NCBI GenBank assembly: GCA_964532965.1
Contig: CAZHJE010000001.1
Coordinates: 10,694-51,283, forward strand
Length of the DNA stretch: 40,590 nucleotides
Source: an uncultured Candidatus Saccharibacteria bacterium
Lineage (GTDB): Bacteria > Patescibacteriota > WWE3 > UBA101185 > UBA10185
Direction: 5' to 3'
Shown in pieces: positions 18,818 through 27,017 of this stretch (positions within the stretch are counted from its first letter, which is position 1; every line of letters begins with the position of its first letter). Under the pieces are notes generated by a model that was not told where the DNA came from, searched no databases, and worked only from the letters and a program-made list of their open reading frames with translations. Both the position numbers and the translations under genes were made by a program.

Positions 18818-20116
18818 TTATAGCATTAGTTTTTGTAAGTTAGCTACATTTTCATTTGCATTAAATAACTCTTTTGCTTTTGCATAAGCGTTATTGCCAA
18901 GTAGCAGTGCTTTGTTTTTATCGTTTCTTAGACCTATAATAGCATTTGCTATAGCAACGACATCTTTTTGAGGAATTACTATACCTGTTTTATCATTTTG
19001 TATAAGTTCAGAGATACTACCAGCGTCCGTTGTAATAATAGGCAATTTAGCGAATGCGGCTTCTATAACAGTATTAGGTATTCCATCTACATCCCCTGTA
19101 TCTGTTGTTATAGCAGGAAGCACAAATATATCTGCCTTTAGATAATATGGTATTACTAGATCATTTGGTAATCCGTTACCATTACCATCGATGTAAAATG
19201 TGTTTTCGAGCCTTAATTCTCTTATTTTATCTAAAAATAATTGGTACAATGGGCCACCACCAACAACATGCACCTCATGCTTTACACCCTGCTCTAAAAG
19301 TAATTTTGATGCCTCAAGCATATAAATGATACCTTTTTTTTCAACAAGTCTTGTACCGCCTAAAAAAATATATATTTTATCATTATTTAATAAGCCAAAA
19401 TCTCTATTCAAACCCTTAAATAATTTTTGTTCATCGATGCCATGATATATAAAGTATATTTTATCTTTATAATGAGCATCAGTCTTACTCACTAAAAACT
19501 CATAAACATTCTTGTTACAAACTGTAATAAATTTTGCATGTTTAATTTTTGCTTGTATCAAAGATGCATCAACAAGAACATCTTTTGCATGTGCATTTAT
19601 ACTAAACGGTATATCAAGCAGCATTGCAGATACCATAAAAATATTCGATACGTCAGAAAAGAAATGGATGTGAATTTCATCCACAGCATGTTTTTCAATT
19701 AGCTTTGCATATGCGATTCCTTTTAAAAAATGTATTAATCTAGCATTTGTAAAACTGCCAAGTACACTTTTTTTACTCCTTTCATTTGCTGTTAAATAAA
19801 ATGGATTAGGGAAGTATGGGAAATAATCTTTACCAAGAAATAATTTATGTATTTTTAATATTTTTAATGGATGTAACAAAACATATAAAAATGAAGCTTT
19901 AACACAAGTTAAAAAATCAAGCCGAGCGTATATTGTTTTTTTTAGTGTCTTCTCTGAGGTAACCCCATTGCCTTTATTTAAAGAAAATATAACTATATCT
20001 AATACATCCATTTCAATTAACTTAGTTACATCTCTTTCAATAAATGTTTCGGATATTGACGGAAAAGTCGGTATTACTACTAATACTTTCTTTTTCATTG
20101 ATACTTTTTTACTCAT
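18818..20116 (-). CDS. GT4 family (GT-B fold) glycosyltransferase, WcaL-like
   Basis: KKVLVVIPTFPS, EKKGIIYMLEA, VLPAITTDTGDVDGIPNTVIEAAFAKLPIITTDAGS. The start is uncertain: the ORF-track start 20143 is TTG, ATG 20116 gives an ATGAGTAA overlap with the ugd stop, and ATG 20098 is also possible. Confidence 0.75.
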   Translation of the reverse strand: MSKKVSMKKKVLVVIPTFPSISETFIERDVTKLIEMDVLDIVIFSLNKGNGVTSEKTLKKTIYARLDFLTCVKASFLYVLLHPLKILKIHKLFLGKDYFPYFPNPFYLTANERSKKSVLGSFTNARLIHFLKGIAYAKLIEKHAVDEIHIHFFSDVSNIFMVSAMLLDIPFSINAHAKDVLVDASLIQAKIKHAKFITVCNKNVYEFLVSKTDAHYKDKIYFIYHGIDEQKLFKGLNRDFGLLNNDKIYIFLGGTRLVEKKGIIYMLEASKLLLEQGVKHEVHVVGGGPLYQLFLDKIRELRLENTFYIDGNGNGLPNDLVIPYYLKADIFVLPAITTDTGDVDGIPNTVIEAAFAKLPIITTDAGSISELIQNDKTGIVIPQKDVVAIANAIIGLRNDKNKALLLGNNAYAKAKELFNANENVANLQKLML

Positions 20117-21422
20117 GTTTTTTGCCAACAGAATAATACTCAAATCCTAGGCGTTTCATTTCTTTGCTGTCGTATATATTTTTACCGTCAAATATTATCG
20201 GTTCGGTTAAATTTTCTTTAATAACCGCTAAATCAAGGTTTTTAAATACACCCCACTCAGTTAAAACACATAGTGCATCTGCGCCTTTTGCTGCATCATA
20301 TGCATCTTTTGCATAATACATATTTGTATCATTTAATTCATTCTTAGCATTTTCCATCGCATGTGAATCATATGTTCTAATCTTTGCACCCATACCACGT
20401 AGCTGTTTGATAACTTTAATACCAACAGATTCTCTAATGTCATCTGTGTTGTCCTTAAAAGCAAGCCCTAAACAAGCAAATGTTTTACCACTAAGATTTT
20501 TTCCATACCTTCGAGTTATCTTTTTTATAAAGTGATGCTTTTGGAGTTCGTTTGCTTCGATCACCGCACGTAAAATTTTGAAGTCATAGGCATAGTCGAA
20601 CGCGGTTTTATATAATGCCGAAACATCCTTAGGAAAACAACTACCACCATAACCAATACCCGCATTCAAGAACTTAGGACCAATTCTTGAATCAAGCCCC
20701 ATACCTTTTGCTACTACTCTAACATCTGCGCCAGTTTTTTCGCATAATTGGCCTATTTCATTAATAAAGGATATTTTTGTTGCTAAAAATGAATTTGATG
20801 CATATTTAATCATCTCCGCCGAACGCAAATCACACATAACAAGCGGGGCGTCCACATGCGCGTAAAATTCTTCCATAACTTTCTTTGCACGGTCACTATT
20901 TACACCTACAATTGTTCTATCTGTATTTTTCATATCTTCAACCGAATACCCTTCGCGTAGAAATTCGGGATTTGAGGCAACATCAAAAGGTACTTCGCCT
21001 TTTAAATTTTCTTTGATAATTTTAAAGACTTGCTCATTTGTACCAACAGGAACAGTGCTTTTAGTAACAATAACCTTATAATCTGTTAAATATTTTGCTA
21101 TTTCTTTTGCTACTGCCCATACAGCAGATAAATCAGCTTTACCATCGTCATCTTGTGGAGTACCTACACATATAAATACTATTTCCGCATCTTTCATCCC
21201 ATGTGCAAGATTTGTAGTGAATTTTAATCTACCCTCTTTAATATTATTTAACACAATTTCATCAAGCCCAGGTTCATAAATGGGCATAACACCTTCTTCT
21301 ATCATTTTTATTTTCTTTTCATCTATATCTACTCCAACAACATTATTTCCCCAATCAGCAAATATTGCTGCTCCAACTAACCCTACATACCCTGTACCTA
21401 TTACACAGATATTTTTTTTCAT
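20109..21422 (-). CDS. ugd: UDP-glucose 6-dehydrogenase
   Basis: 437 aa. Rossmann motif VIGTGYVG, NPEFLREG, and catalytic-Cys motif GYGGSCFPKD. Full-length match to the UDP-glucose/GDP-mannose dehydrogenase pattern. Confidence 0.9.
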   Translation of the reverse strand: MKKNICVIGTGYVGLVGAAIFADWGNNVVGVDIDEKKIKMIEEGVMPIYEPGLDEIVLNNIKEGRLKFTTNLAHGMKDAEIVFICVGTPQDDDGKADLSAVWAVAKEIAKYLTDYKVIVTKSTVPVGTNEQVFKIIKENLKGEVPFDVASNPEFLREGYSVEDMKNTDRTIVGVNSDRAKKVMEEFYAHVDAPLVMCDLRSAEMIKYASNSFLATKISFINEIGQLCEKTGADVRVVAKGMGLDSRIGPKFLNAGIGYGGSCFPKDVSALYKTAFDYAYDFKILRAVIEANELQKHHFIKKITRRYGKNLSGKTFACLGLAFKDNTDDIRESVGIKVIKQLRGMGAKIRTYDSHAMENAKNELNDTNMYYAKDAYDAAKGADALCVLTEWGVFKNLDLAVIKENLTEPIIFDGKNIYDSKEMKRLGFEYYSVGKKHE

Positions 21423-22180
21423 TTATATATTCCTTTCCAGTCGTTTACTCTGACTGTTAAAACATCTTTAAACATTTTGATAGAATCCTTTACAACATTA
21501 AGTCGTGTTGTAGGAACATGCGTCCAAACTACTGGTAGTTCTTTTATTCTGTAATTTCTTTTCTTTGCAAGATATAAAACCTCAACATCAAACGCGCCTA
21601 AATAGGCATCTTGAATCTCAGATGCATCTTGCCCATAAATGCTTAACATTTTGAATACATTTTTTGCTACATCTTTTTTAAAAAGTTTAAATCCACATTG
21701 AGAATCCTTTATTCCAGGAAGCGCTAAAAGTTGAACTAAAATGTTAAAACCCCTACCAATAAAATGGCGATAAAATGGTTCTTTTATTCTTACTGCCCCT
21801 GCACCTTCTCGTGATGCAATAACAATGTCGTACTCATGTTCGGTAATCCAAAAAGCTAGTTTTTTTAGCTCAGATATCGGAGCTGATAAATCTGCATCGC
21901 ACATATATATCAAATCACCTTGTGCAGCCATGATACCTGTCCATACTGTTGGACCTTTTCCTTTGTGTTTATTTCTAATTATTTTAACTTCTGGGTTTGT
22001 TTTTGAATATGTTTCTACTAGAGCCGCCGTGTTATCGGAACTACCGTCATCAACAACAATAATTTCAAATGATGTAGCATAACTGCGCATAAAATTCACA
22101 ATTTGAGTTAAAGAACTAGTTATTTTATCAGATTCGTTATAAGCAGGTATCACAATTGAATATGCAATGCTTTCGCTCAT
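21419..22180 (-). CDS. GT2 glycosyltransferase, ALG5/DPG-synthase-like polyprenyl-phosphate glycosyltransferase
   Basis: YSIVIPAYNES, IIVVDDGSSDNT, GKGPTVWTG, MCDADLSAP, DSQCGFKLFKK, FDVEVLYLA. I place the start at ATG 22180, which forms a classic ATGA overlap with the upstream stop, rather than 22195. Confidence 0.8.
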   Translation of the reverse strand: MSESIAYSIVIPAYNESDKITSSLTQIVNFMRSYATSFEIIVVDDGSSDNTAALVETYSKTNPEVKIIRNKHKGKGPTVWTGIMAAQGDLIYMCDADLSAPISELKKLAFWITEHEYDIVIASREGAGAVRIKEPFYRHFIGRGFNILVQLLALPGIKDSQCGFKLFKKDVAKNVFKMLSIYGQDASEIQDAYLGAFDVEVLYLAKKRNYRIKELPVVWTHVPTTRLNVVKDSIKMFKDVLTVRVNDWKGIYK

Positions 22181-23316
22181 TTTTTCTTTTTCCAAATAAT
22201 TTTACTGTACACTGTAAAATTCCATACTAGCCCGATCATTATACCAATAAGAAAGGCAATATTGCTAACTATAAAAGTGTCCCCAAATGCGGTGACCGCA
22301 TGGTTGATTAAATAGCTTCTAAATACAATAGGTATATATGAACTAAAACTATAACCAAAATAGTTTAAAGCCATTTTTCTTTTTTTTGTATGCTTACGAT
22401 CACGAAAAGACCAAAAATTATTTAATAAATATGTTGCTAAAAGTGCAAAAAACCCGGATATTAAACTAGAAGACTTACTTACAGAAAAATAAAATAACGA
22501 AACATTAAATAAACGTAACGCATTAAACAACAAAGTATCTACTAAAAAACCTAAACTTCCTGTCACTAAAAATTTAAAAAAATTTTTATTACTTTTAAGA
22601 CGTAACATGATAACAACTCTCATAGAATCTAGCATGTTGTTGTTCTCCATTTTTGATAATCCCCTGTCTCTTACCCCAAAAGCAATAGGAATTTCTGTGA
22701 TTTTAGCCTTAGCCTTATGCATTTTAAAAAGAAGATCGATTTTATATGCAAATCCTTTTGATAAAATATTATCTAAATCTATTGAGTCTACAAACCCCTT
22801 AACCCGGGAGGCCTTAAACCCAGAAGTAAAATCGTTAACATTAAATATACCAAGTACAAATTTTGAAAATATATTACCGCCAATGCTTAAAAACTTGCGA
22901 TAAAACTCCCATTCTTGAGGAATAGAACCCCCTCGAGTAAATCTAGACCCAATAACGTAATCATAACCTTCATCAATCTTTTGTATTAACCTTTTAACAT
23001 CTTTAGGGTCGTGCTGAAAATCGGCATCCATCTCTACTAATACATCCGCTGCAAGTGTGTTCATCGCATACCTAAAGCCATAAACATAAGCGGCACCAAG
23101 TCCGTTTTTTTGTTTTTCTAAAAGAAGTTTTACAAAAGTATATGTTTTAGATAATTCTGCAACTATATCTTTGGTATTGTCGGGAGAATTACCGTCAACA
23201 ACTAAAACTTCTATTGTGTGATTTGGAATTAATTTAAACTCTTCTGCTAAAACAGGTATTAATTTTTTAATATTCTCCGCCTCATTATAAGTCGGTATTA
23301 CAATAACAATTTTCAT
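22177..23316 (-). CDS. Fusion protein: DPM1/Ppm1-like polyprenyl-phosphate sugar synthase (GT2) plus C-terminal GtrA-like 4-TM domain
   Basis: N-terminal half: IVIPTYNEAENI, VLVVDGNSPDNT, GLGAAYVYGF, EMDADFQHDP. C-terminal ~130 aa: FLVTGSLGFLVDTLLFN...NNFWSFRDR...WNFTVYSKIIW, matching the GtrA family pattern. Confidence 0.8.
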   Translation of the reverse strand: MKIVIVIPTYNEAENIKKLIPVLAEEFKLIPNHTIEVLVVDGNSPDNTKDIVAELSKTYTFVKLLLEKQKNGLGAAYVYGFRYAMNTLAADVLVEMDADFQHDPKDVKRLIQKIDEGYDYVIGSRFTRGGSIPQEWEFYRKFLSIGGNIFSKFVLGIFNVNDFTSGFKASRVKGFVDSIDLDNILSKGFAYKIDLLFKMHKAKAKITEIPIAFGVRDRGLSKMENNNMLDSMRVVIMLRLKSNKNFFKFLVTGSLGFLVDTLLFNALRLFNVSLFYFSVSKSSSLISGFFALLATYLLNNFWSFRDRKHTKKRKMALNYFGYSFSSYIPIVFRSYLINHAVTAFGDTFIVSNIAFLIGIMIGLVWNFTVYSKIIWKKKK

Positions 23317-23327
23317 ATATTCGTTTA

Positions 23328-23585
23328 CTACAATTGAAGGGCAACGGTTGCAATTACAAAAACTAACAATGAAAATAGTAAGTACTCCAAAACAATATGC
23401 TTTGTGAGCCTGCCTTCAATTGCGTGATGCATTATACCCCAGCAAAAGTAAAAAAGCGATGCTAACGCAAGTACAATTTGAATGTAAAAATTATTATATT
23501 CAAAAAAAACTAAAGCGATTACAAAAATAAACAACCCTAATACCAAAGTCAAATATTGAAAGATGTGAGAGTTTTTGTGCATCAT
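23328..23585 (-). CDS. Small 3-TM membrane protein, unknown function
   Basis: 85 aa with three hydrophobic spans and a conserved-looking WGIMHHAIEGR loop. 4-nt overlap with the upstream CAP-domain gene. Confidence 0.5.
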   Translation of the reverse strand: MMHKNSHIFQYLTLVLGLFIFVIALVFFEYNNFYIQIVLALASLFYFCWGIMHHAIEGRLTKHIVLEYLLFSLLVFVIATVALQL

Positions 23586-24511
23586 ATTATTTTTCCTGGA
23601 CTAATTACTAGCCAAACACCAACAAGCACCAATACTAAAAACGTAATATGTGCTATTGTGTGCCCTGTAAACTTCGCTATGCTTTTCTTTCGTGTATACC
23701 AAATATCCAACCCCAATAACAACGAAATGAATAATGTAAATATTAAAATGAGATGCGCTGAAACATCTGGGATGTTTACGTATACATGCGTATCTTCAGG
23801 CTGTTGATTTTGCTTTACCTCACCTACAGGCTGAAGATTAAATTGTGGTTGTGTTTCGGGAACACTTTCTAATATCGTGGTTGTTCCTTGTACATCGTTT
23901 GATTCTATACTTCCAACAACTGTGCCAGACCTTGGACGCCCAAACATTTGCACTACAAGTGTCGTTTTATATCCATCAAGCTCTCCATTAACAACAGCAA
24001 AACCCACATCGTCATAATTTGCACTTAAAAGATTATCTCTATGCGAAGTAGATTTGTACCACGCCTGAATTACTCCCACTGAGGTATCAAAATTCTTAGC
24101 TAGGTTCTCGCCAGCATATTCGTAATCATATTTCGATGTCAAAATAAAATGCCACGGCTTCACACCATCTGGCGAGACATGCGCCCAATAATTGTTGTTA
24201 AACATATCTTGCGCTTTAAGTTCTGCTGCATGAGATAAATTAGAATTTAGCCTTAACGGAGACAGCCCGTTTTGTACTCTAATATCGTTGGTCTCATTAA
24301 GCAAATCAACCACTGAAATATTCGACGCGTACCCTAATACTCCAGGAGAAATTTTGTTGATTGACTTTAATGAAATAAAAAAGACCAGCGTAACAAAAAT
24401 ATATGAAAAAAGTGCGAAATGACTAAGTAGTGTAGCCCTTTGTTGTGTAAAAGGGTGAGGTACAAAATGATGTATGATCGAAAACTTTGTTTCTTTAGTA
24501 CTTTCAGACAT
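23582..24511 (-). CDS. Membrane-tethered CAP/SCP (YkwD-like) domain protein
   Basis: I place the start at ATG 24511 (MSESTKETKF...), which removes an opposite-strand overlap with the kinase gene. One N-terminal TM, then a CAP core (AAELKAQDMFNNNYWAHVSPDG, YAGENLAKNF, WYKSTSHRDNLL, VGFAVV), then two C-terminal TM spans. Confidence 0.7.
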   Translation of the reverse strand: MSESTKETKFSIIHHFVPHPFTQQRATLLSHFALFSYIFVTLVFFISLKSINKISPGVLGYASNISVVDLLNETNDIRVQNGLSPLRLNSNLSHAAELKAQDMFNNNYWAHVSPDGVKPWHFILTSKYDYEYAGENLAKNFDTSVGVIQAWYKSTSHRDNLLSANYDDVGFAVVNGELDGYKTTLVVQMFGRPRSGTVVGSIESNDVQGTTTILESVPETQPQFNLQPVGEVKQNQQPEDTHVYVNIPDVSAHLILIFTLFISLLLGLDIWYTRKKSIAKFTGHTIAHITFLVLVLVGVWLVISPGKII

Positions 24512-24554
24512 TAAGAAAATTATAGTGGTTATTTTATATGGTGTATAGTGTAAA

Positions 24555-25670
24555 ATGATACTAATGTCCAACAGTAGTTTATCATTATCACGTGCAGAAA
24601 TGCTACTTTACAGAGTAAATGAGGCAATCTATGCTACAGATAGCACTGGTAAGATTACTTTGTTTAACCATGCACTTGAGTTACTTCTTGGAATAAGATC
24701 TTCAGATGCTATTGGAAAGAATATTAGCACTCTTCTTTATCTTCGAGACGAACACAAAAACCCTTTTGATGTTTTATCATTGTGCTCAGACAATTTGGAA
24801 AACATAAGAATACCAGAAATTTTAATTTTAAGAGATTTTCTAGGTGATGTTAGATATTTAAGAATTAAAGTTTCAGTAATAAAAGGAACTAATACAAATG
24901 AGTATTTAGTAACTATGAGCGACGTCACAAAAGAAAAAGAACTAGACAAAGCAAAAGACGAATTCATATCTATTGTCTCGCACGAGCTAAAAACCCCAAT
25001 GTCGATTGTTAAGAGTTATTTGTGGATGTTAGAGCAAGAAAAAGGAGGCCCACTCACTCAAAAACAAAAAGAATATCTAAATAAAGCACTACTTGGTACA
25101 GAAAGAATGATTTTTTTGATTAATGACATTTTGAGTTTATCTAAAATTGAGCAGGGTAGAATAACATTTAACATAACTGATTTTAAATTAAGCCCTTTCA
25201 TACAAGAAGTAACAAGTGAGATAAAAGTTAAAATTGAAGAAAACAATTTAACATTTAACTTGGTTTGGGAAGAAGATACAAAAGATGTAAATGTTTATAC
25301 TGATAAAGATAAACTTAGAGAAATTCTTTTAAATTTGGTGTCAAATGCAATTAAATATACAAAACAGGGCAATATTACACTTAAAATAAAAAAAGAACAA
25401 AATAATTTCGTTAAAATTCTTATCACTGATACAGGAAAAGGGATTGATCCAAAAGAATTAAAAAAGCTTTTTCACAAATTTCAAAGGCTAGATAATTCGT
25501 ATCAAACTGTAGCAGAAAGTGGCGGCACCGGCCTAGGATTATATATAGTTAAATTGTATATTGGGTTGTTGGGTGGTAGTGTTGGTGCGGAATCAAAAGG
25601 AATTAATAAAGGAAGTACTTTTTGGGTTACAATCCCTACAAATAAAACGCAACTTAAAAAAGTGAATTAA
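24555..25670 (+). CDS. Cytoplasmic PAS-domain sensor histidine kinase
   Basis: 371 aa with no TM span. PAS-like N-terminus, H-box FISIVSHELKTPM, N-box LVSNAIKYT, G1 DTGKGI, G2 GGTGLGLYIV. Confidence 0.85.
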   Translation: MILMSNSSLSLSRAEMLLYRVNEAIYATDSTGKITLFNHALELLLGIRSSDAIGKNISTLLYLRDEHKNPFDVLSLCSDNLENIRIPEILILRDFLGDVRYLRIKVSVIKGTNTNEYLVTMSDVTKEKELDKAKDEFISIVSHELKTPMSIVKSYLWMLEQEKGGPLTQKQKEYLNKALLGTERMIFLINDILSLSKIEQGRITFNITDFKLSPFIQEVTSEIKVKIEENNLTFNLVWEEDTKDVNVYTDKDKLREILLNLVSNAIKYTKQGNITLKIKKEQNNFVKILITDTGKGIDPKELKKLFHKFQRLDNSYQTVAESGGTGLGLYIVKLYIGLLGGSVGAESKGINKGSTFWVTIPTNKTQLKKVN

Positions 25671-25671
25671 A

Positions 25672-25695
25672 TTGGCGGGTACTAAGCCCCGCCAA
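25672..25695. terminator. GC-rich hairpin between convergent kinase and hup genes (probable bidirectional terminator)
   Basis: TTGGCGGG-tactaagc-CCCGCCAA gives a perfect 8-bp stem with an 8-nt loop. On the minus strand it is followed by the T-rich TTTAATTCACTTTTTT. The plus-strand tail is not T-rich. Confidence 0.6.
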
Positions 25696-25720
25696 CAACT
25701 CATTCAAATTAAGATATTCA

Positions 25721-25993
25721 CTATCTTACTGAATCTTTTAATCCTTTACCAGCTTTAAATGCAGGTGTCTTTGTTTCAGGTATTCTAAGTGCAGCACCTG
25801 TTTGTGGATTTCTTCCCATTCTTGCTGCTCTTGTTCTAACTTCAAATGTACCGAATCCAGTCCATGTAACTTTTTCTCCTTTTGCAAGTGCTTTTGTTAC
25901 AATTGCTTGGAGCGCGTCAAGAACTTTACCTGAAGCAACCTTTGTTAATCCAGCTTGATCAGCTAGCATATCTACTAAATCTTGTTTTGTCAT
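25721..25993 (-). CDS. hup: HU-family nucleoid-associated DNA-binding protein
   Basis: MTKQDLVDMLA...GFGTFEVRTRAARMGRNPQTGAALRIPETKTPAFKAGKGLK. I place the start at ATG 25993, with SD AAAGGGGGT upstream. The ORF-track start at 26014 is a TTG lying across that SD. Confidence 0.9.
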   Translation of the reverse strand: MTKQDLVDMLADQAGLTKVASGKVLDALQAIVTKALAKGEKVTWTGFGTFEVRTRAARMGRNPQTGAALRIPETKTPAFKAGKGLKDSVR

Positions 25994-26037
25994 TTTTAAA
26001 ACACCCCCTTTCAAAAAAACTGCCTGACTCCAATTTA

Positions 26038-26808
26038 CTATAAAAGCTTATCAACTCTATCAATTGTTTTTTTCTCTGTATCTATTATTACACTCCTTAA
26101 TGCTATTTTACCAGTATCTTCCCATTCAAATCGTTGGTTCAAACCAGTTAAGTATAAATTTTGTATTATTTGTGTTTTTACTCCAAGAATTGAATCAATA
26201 TTACCAGTCATCCCAACATCACTTATGTACATTGTACCATTAGGCAATACGCGTTGGTCGCAAGTTGGGACATGCGTATGCGTTCCAACAAGAACATCAA
26301 CTTTACCGTCTAAATAAAAGCCCATTACATATTTTTCACTTGTAGCCTCTGCGTGAAAATCTACCAAAGTACAGGAGATGTTTTTATCTTTTGTTTCATC
26401 CAATATTTTTGAAACTGTTGTAAAGGGATCATTTATTCTTTCGTTTAAAAATGTCCTACCCATAATATTTATTATAAGTACATGCCCATGCGTACCTGCG
26501 TCTACAATTTTATAACCATCGCCATATACTGTATCTGGATAATTTGCTGGTCTAATAAGTGGGTATTTATTAAATAGTTCTTCTGTATCTTTTTGCCAAA
26601 ATACATGATCTCCGCCAGTAAAAAAGTCTATGCCTGCATTCTGCATTTCTAAAAGTGTTAAATCAGTAACTCCTCTACCATGTGCTAAATTTTCTACATT
26701 AGCAACTACAAAATTAACAGAAAATTCTTTTTTAATATCTAATAAGTATTTATTTACTATTTCTCTTCCAGGAGCCGCTACGATATCACCAATAAATAAT
26801 ATTTTCAT
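26038..26808 (-). CDS. ymdB: YmdB-like metallophosphoesterase (TIGR00282-type 2',3'-cyclic-nucleotide phosphodiesterase)
   Basis: MKILFIGDIVAAPGR, NVENLAHGRG, GGDHVF, GTHTHVPT. Located downstream of rny, as in Bacillus. Confidence 0.85.
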   Translation of the reverse strand: MKILFIGDIVAAPGREIVNKYLLDIKKEFSVNFVVANVENLAHGRGVTDLTLLEMQNAGIDFFTGGDHVFWQKDTEELFNKYPLIRPANYPDTVYGDGYKIVDAGTHGHVLIINIMGRTFLNERINDPFTTVSKILDETKDKNISCTLVDFHAEATSEKYVMGFYLDGKVDVLVGTHTHVPTCDQRVLPNGTMYISDVGMTGNIDSILGVKTQIIQNLYLTGLNQRFEWEDTGKIALRSVIIDTEKKTIDRVDKLL

Positions 26809-27017
26809 TTTTTAATCCTGGTTATACTAAAATTATTAACTGTCCACGTGTTGAATAGTATAACAGGTTTTTTTACTGAACTAACAAATACATACACAAT
26901 AAATACAATTAGTGCAAGACCTAGAGTAGTTATACATCCTTTAATGATAGAGCTTAGTATATGTGTAAATGCGTATACACATATTATGAAAAGAAGTAAT
27001 AACAACAAATAGTACAT
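26805..27017 (-). CDS. Small 2-TM membrane protein, unknown function
   Basis: 70 aa with two hydrophobic spans. Tightly coupled on both sides: TAATG junction with the rny stop and a 4-nt overlap with ymdB. Confidence 0.45.
   Translation of the reverse strand: MYYLLLLLLFIICVYAFTHILSSIIKGCITTLGLALIVFIVYVFVSSVKKPVILFNTWTVNNFSITRIKK

Noticed and set aside
21412-21419. Homopolymer tracts as phase-variation switches: A8 right after the ugd ATG, and other A/T runs of 8-9 nt in GT genes
   Set aside because: Equally long runs occur in essential genes, for example A9 at 31758-31766 inside gltX. They reflect AT-rich Lys/Asn/Phe codon usage rather than contingency loci.
1-24511. Glycosylation locus as a mobile genomic island
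   Set aside because: No integrase, transposase, tRNA gene, direct repeats or phage genes are visible at the one boundary seen (24.5 kb). The other boundary lies outside the window.
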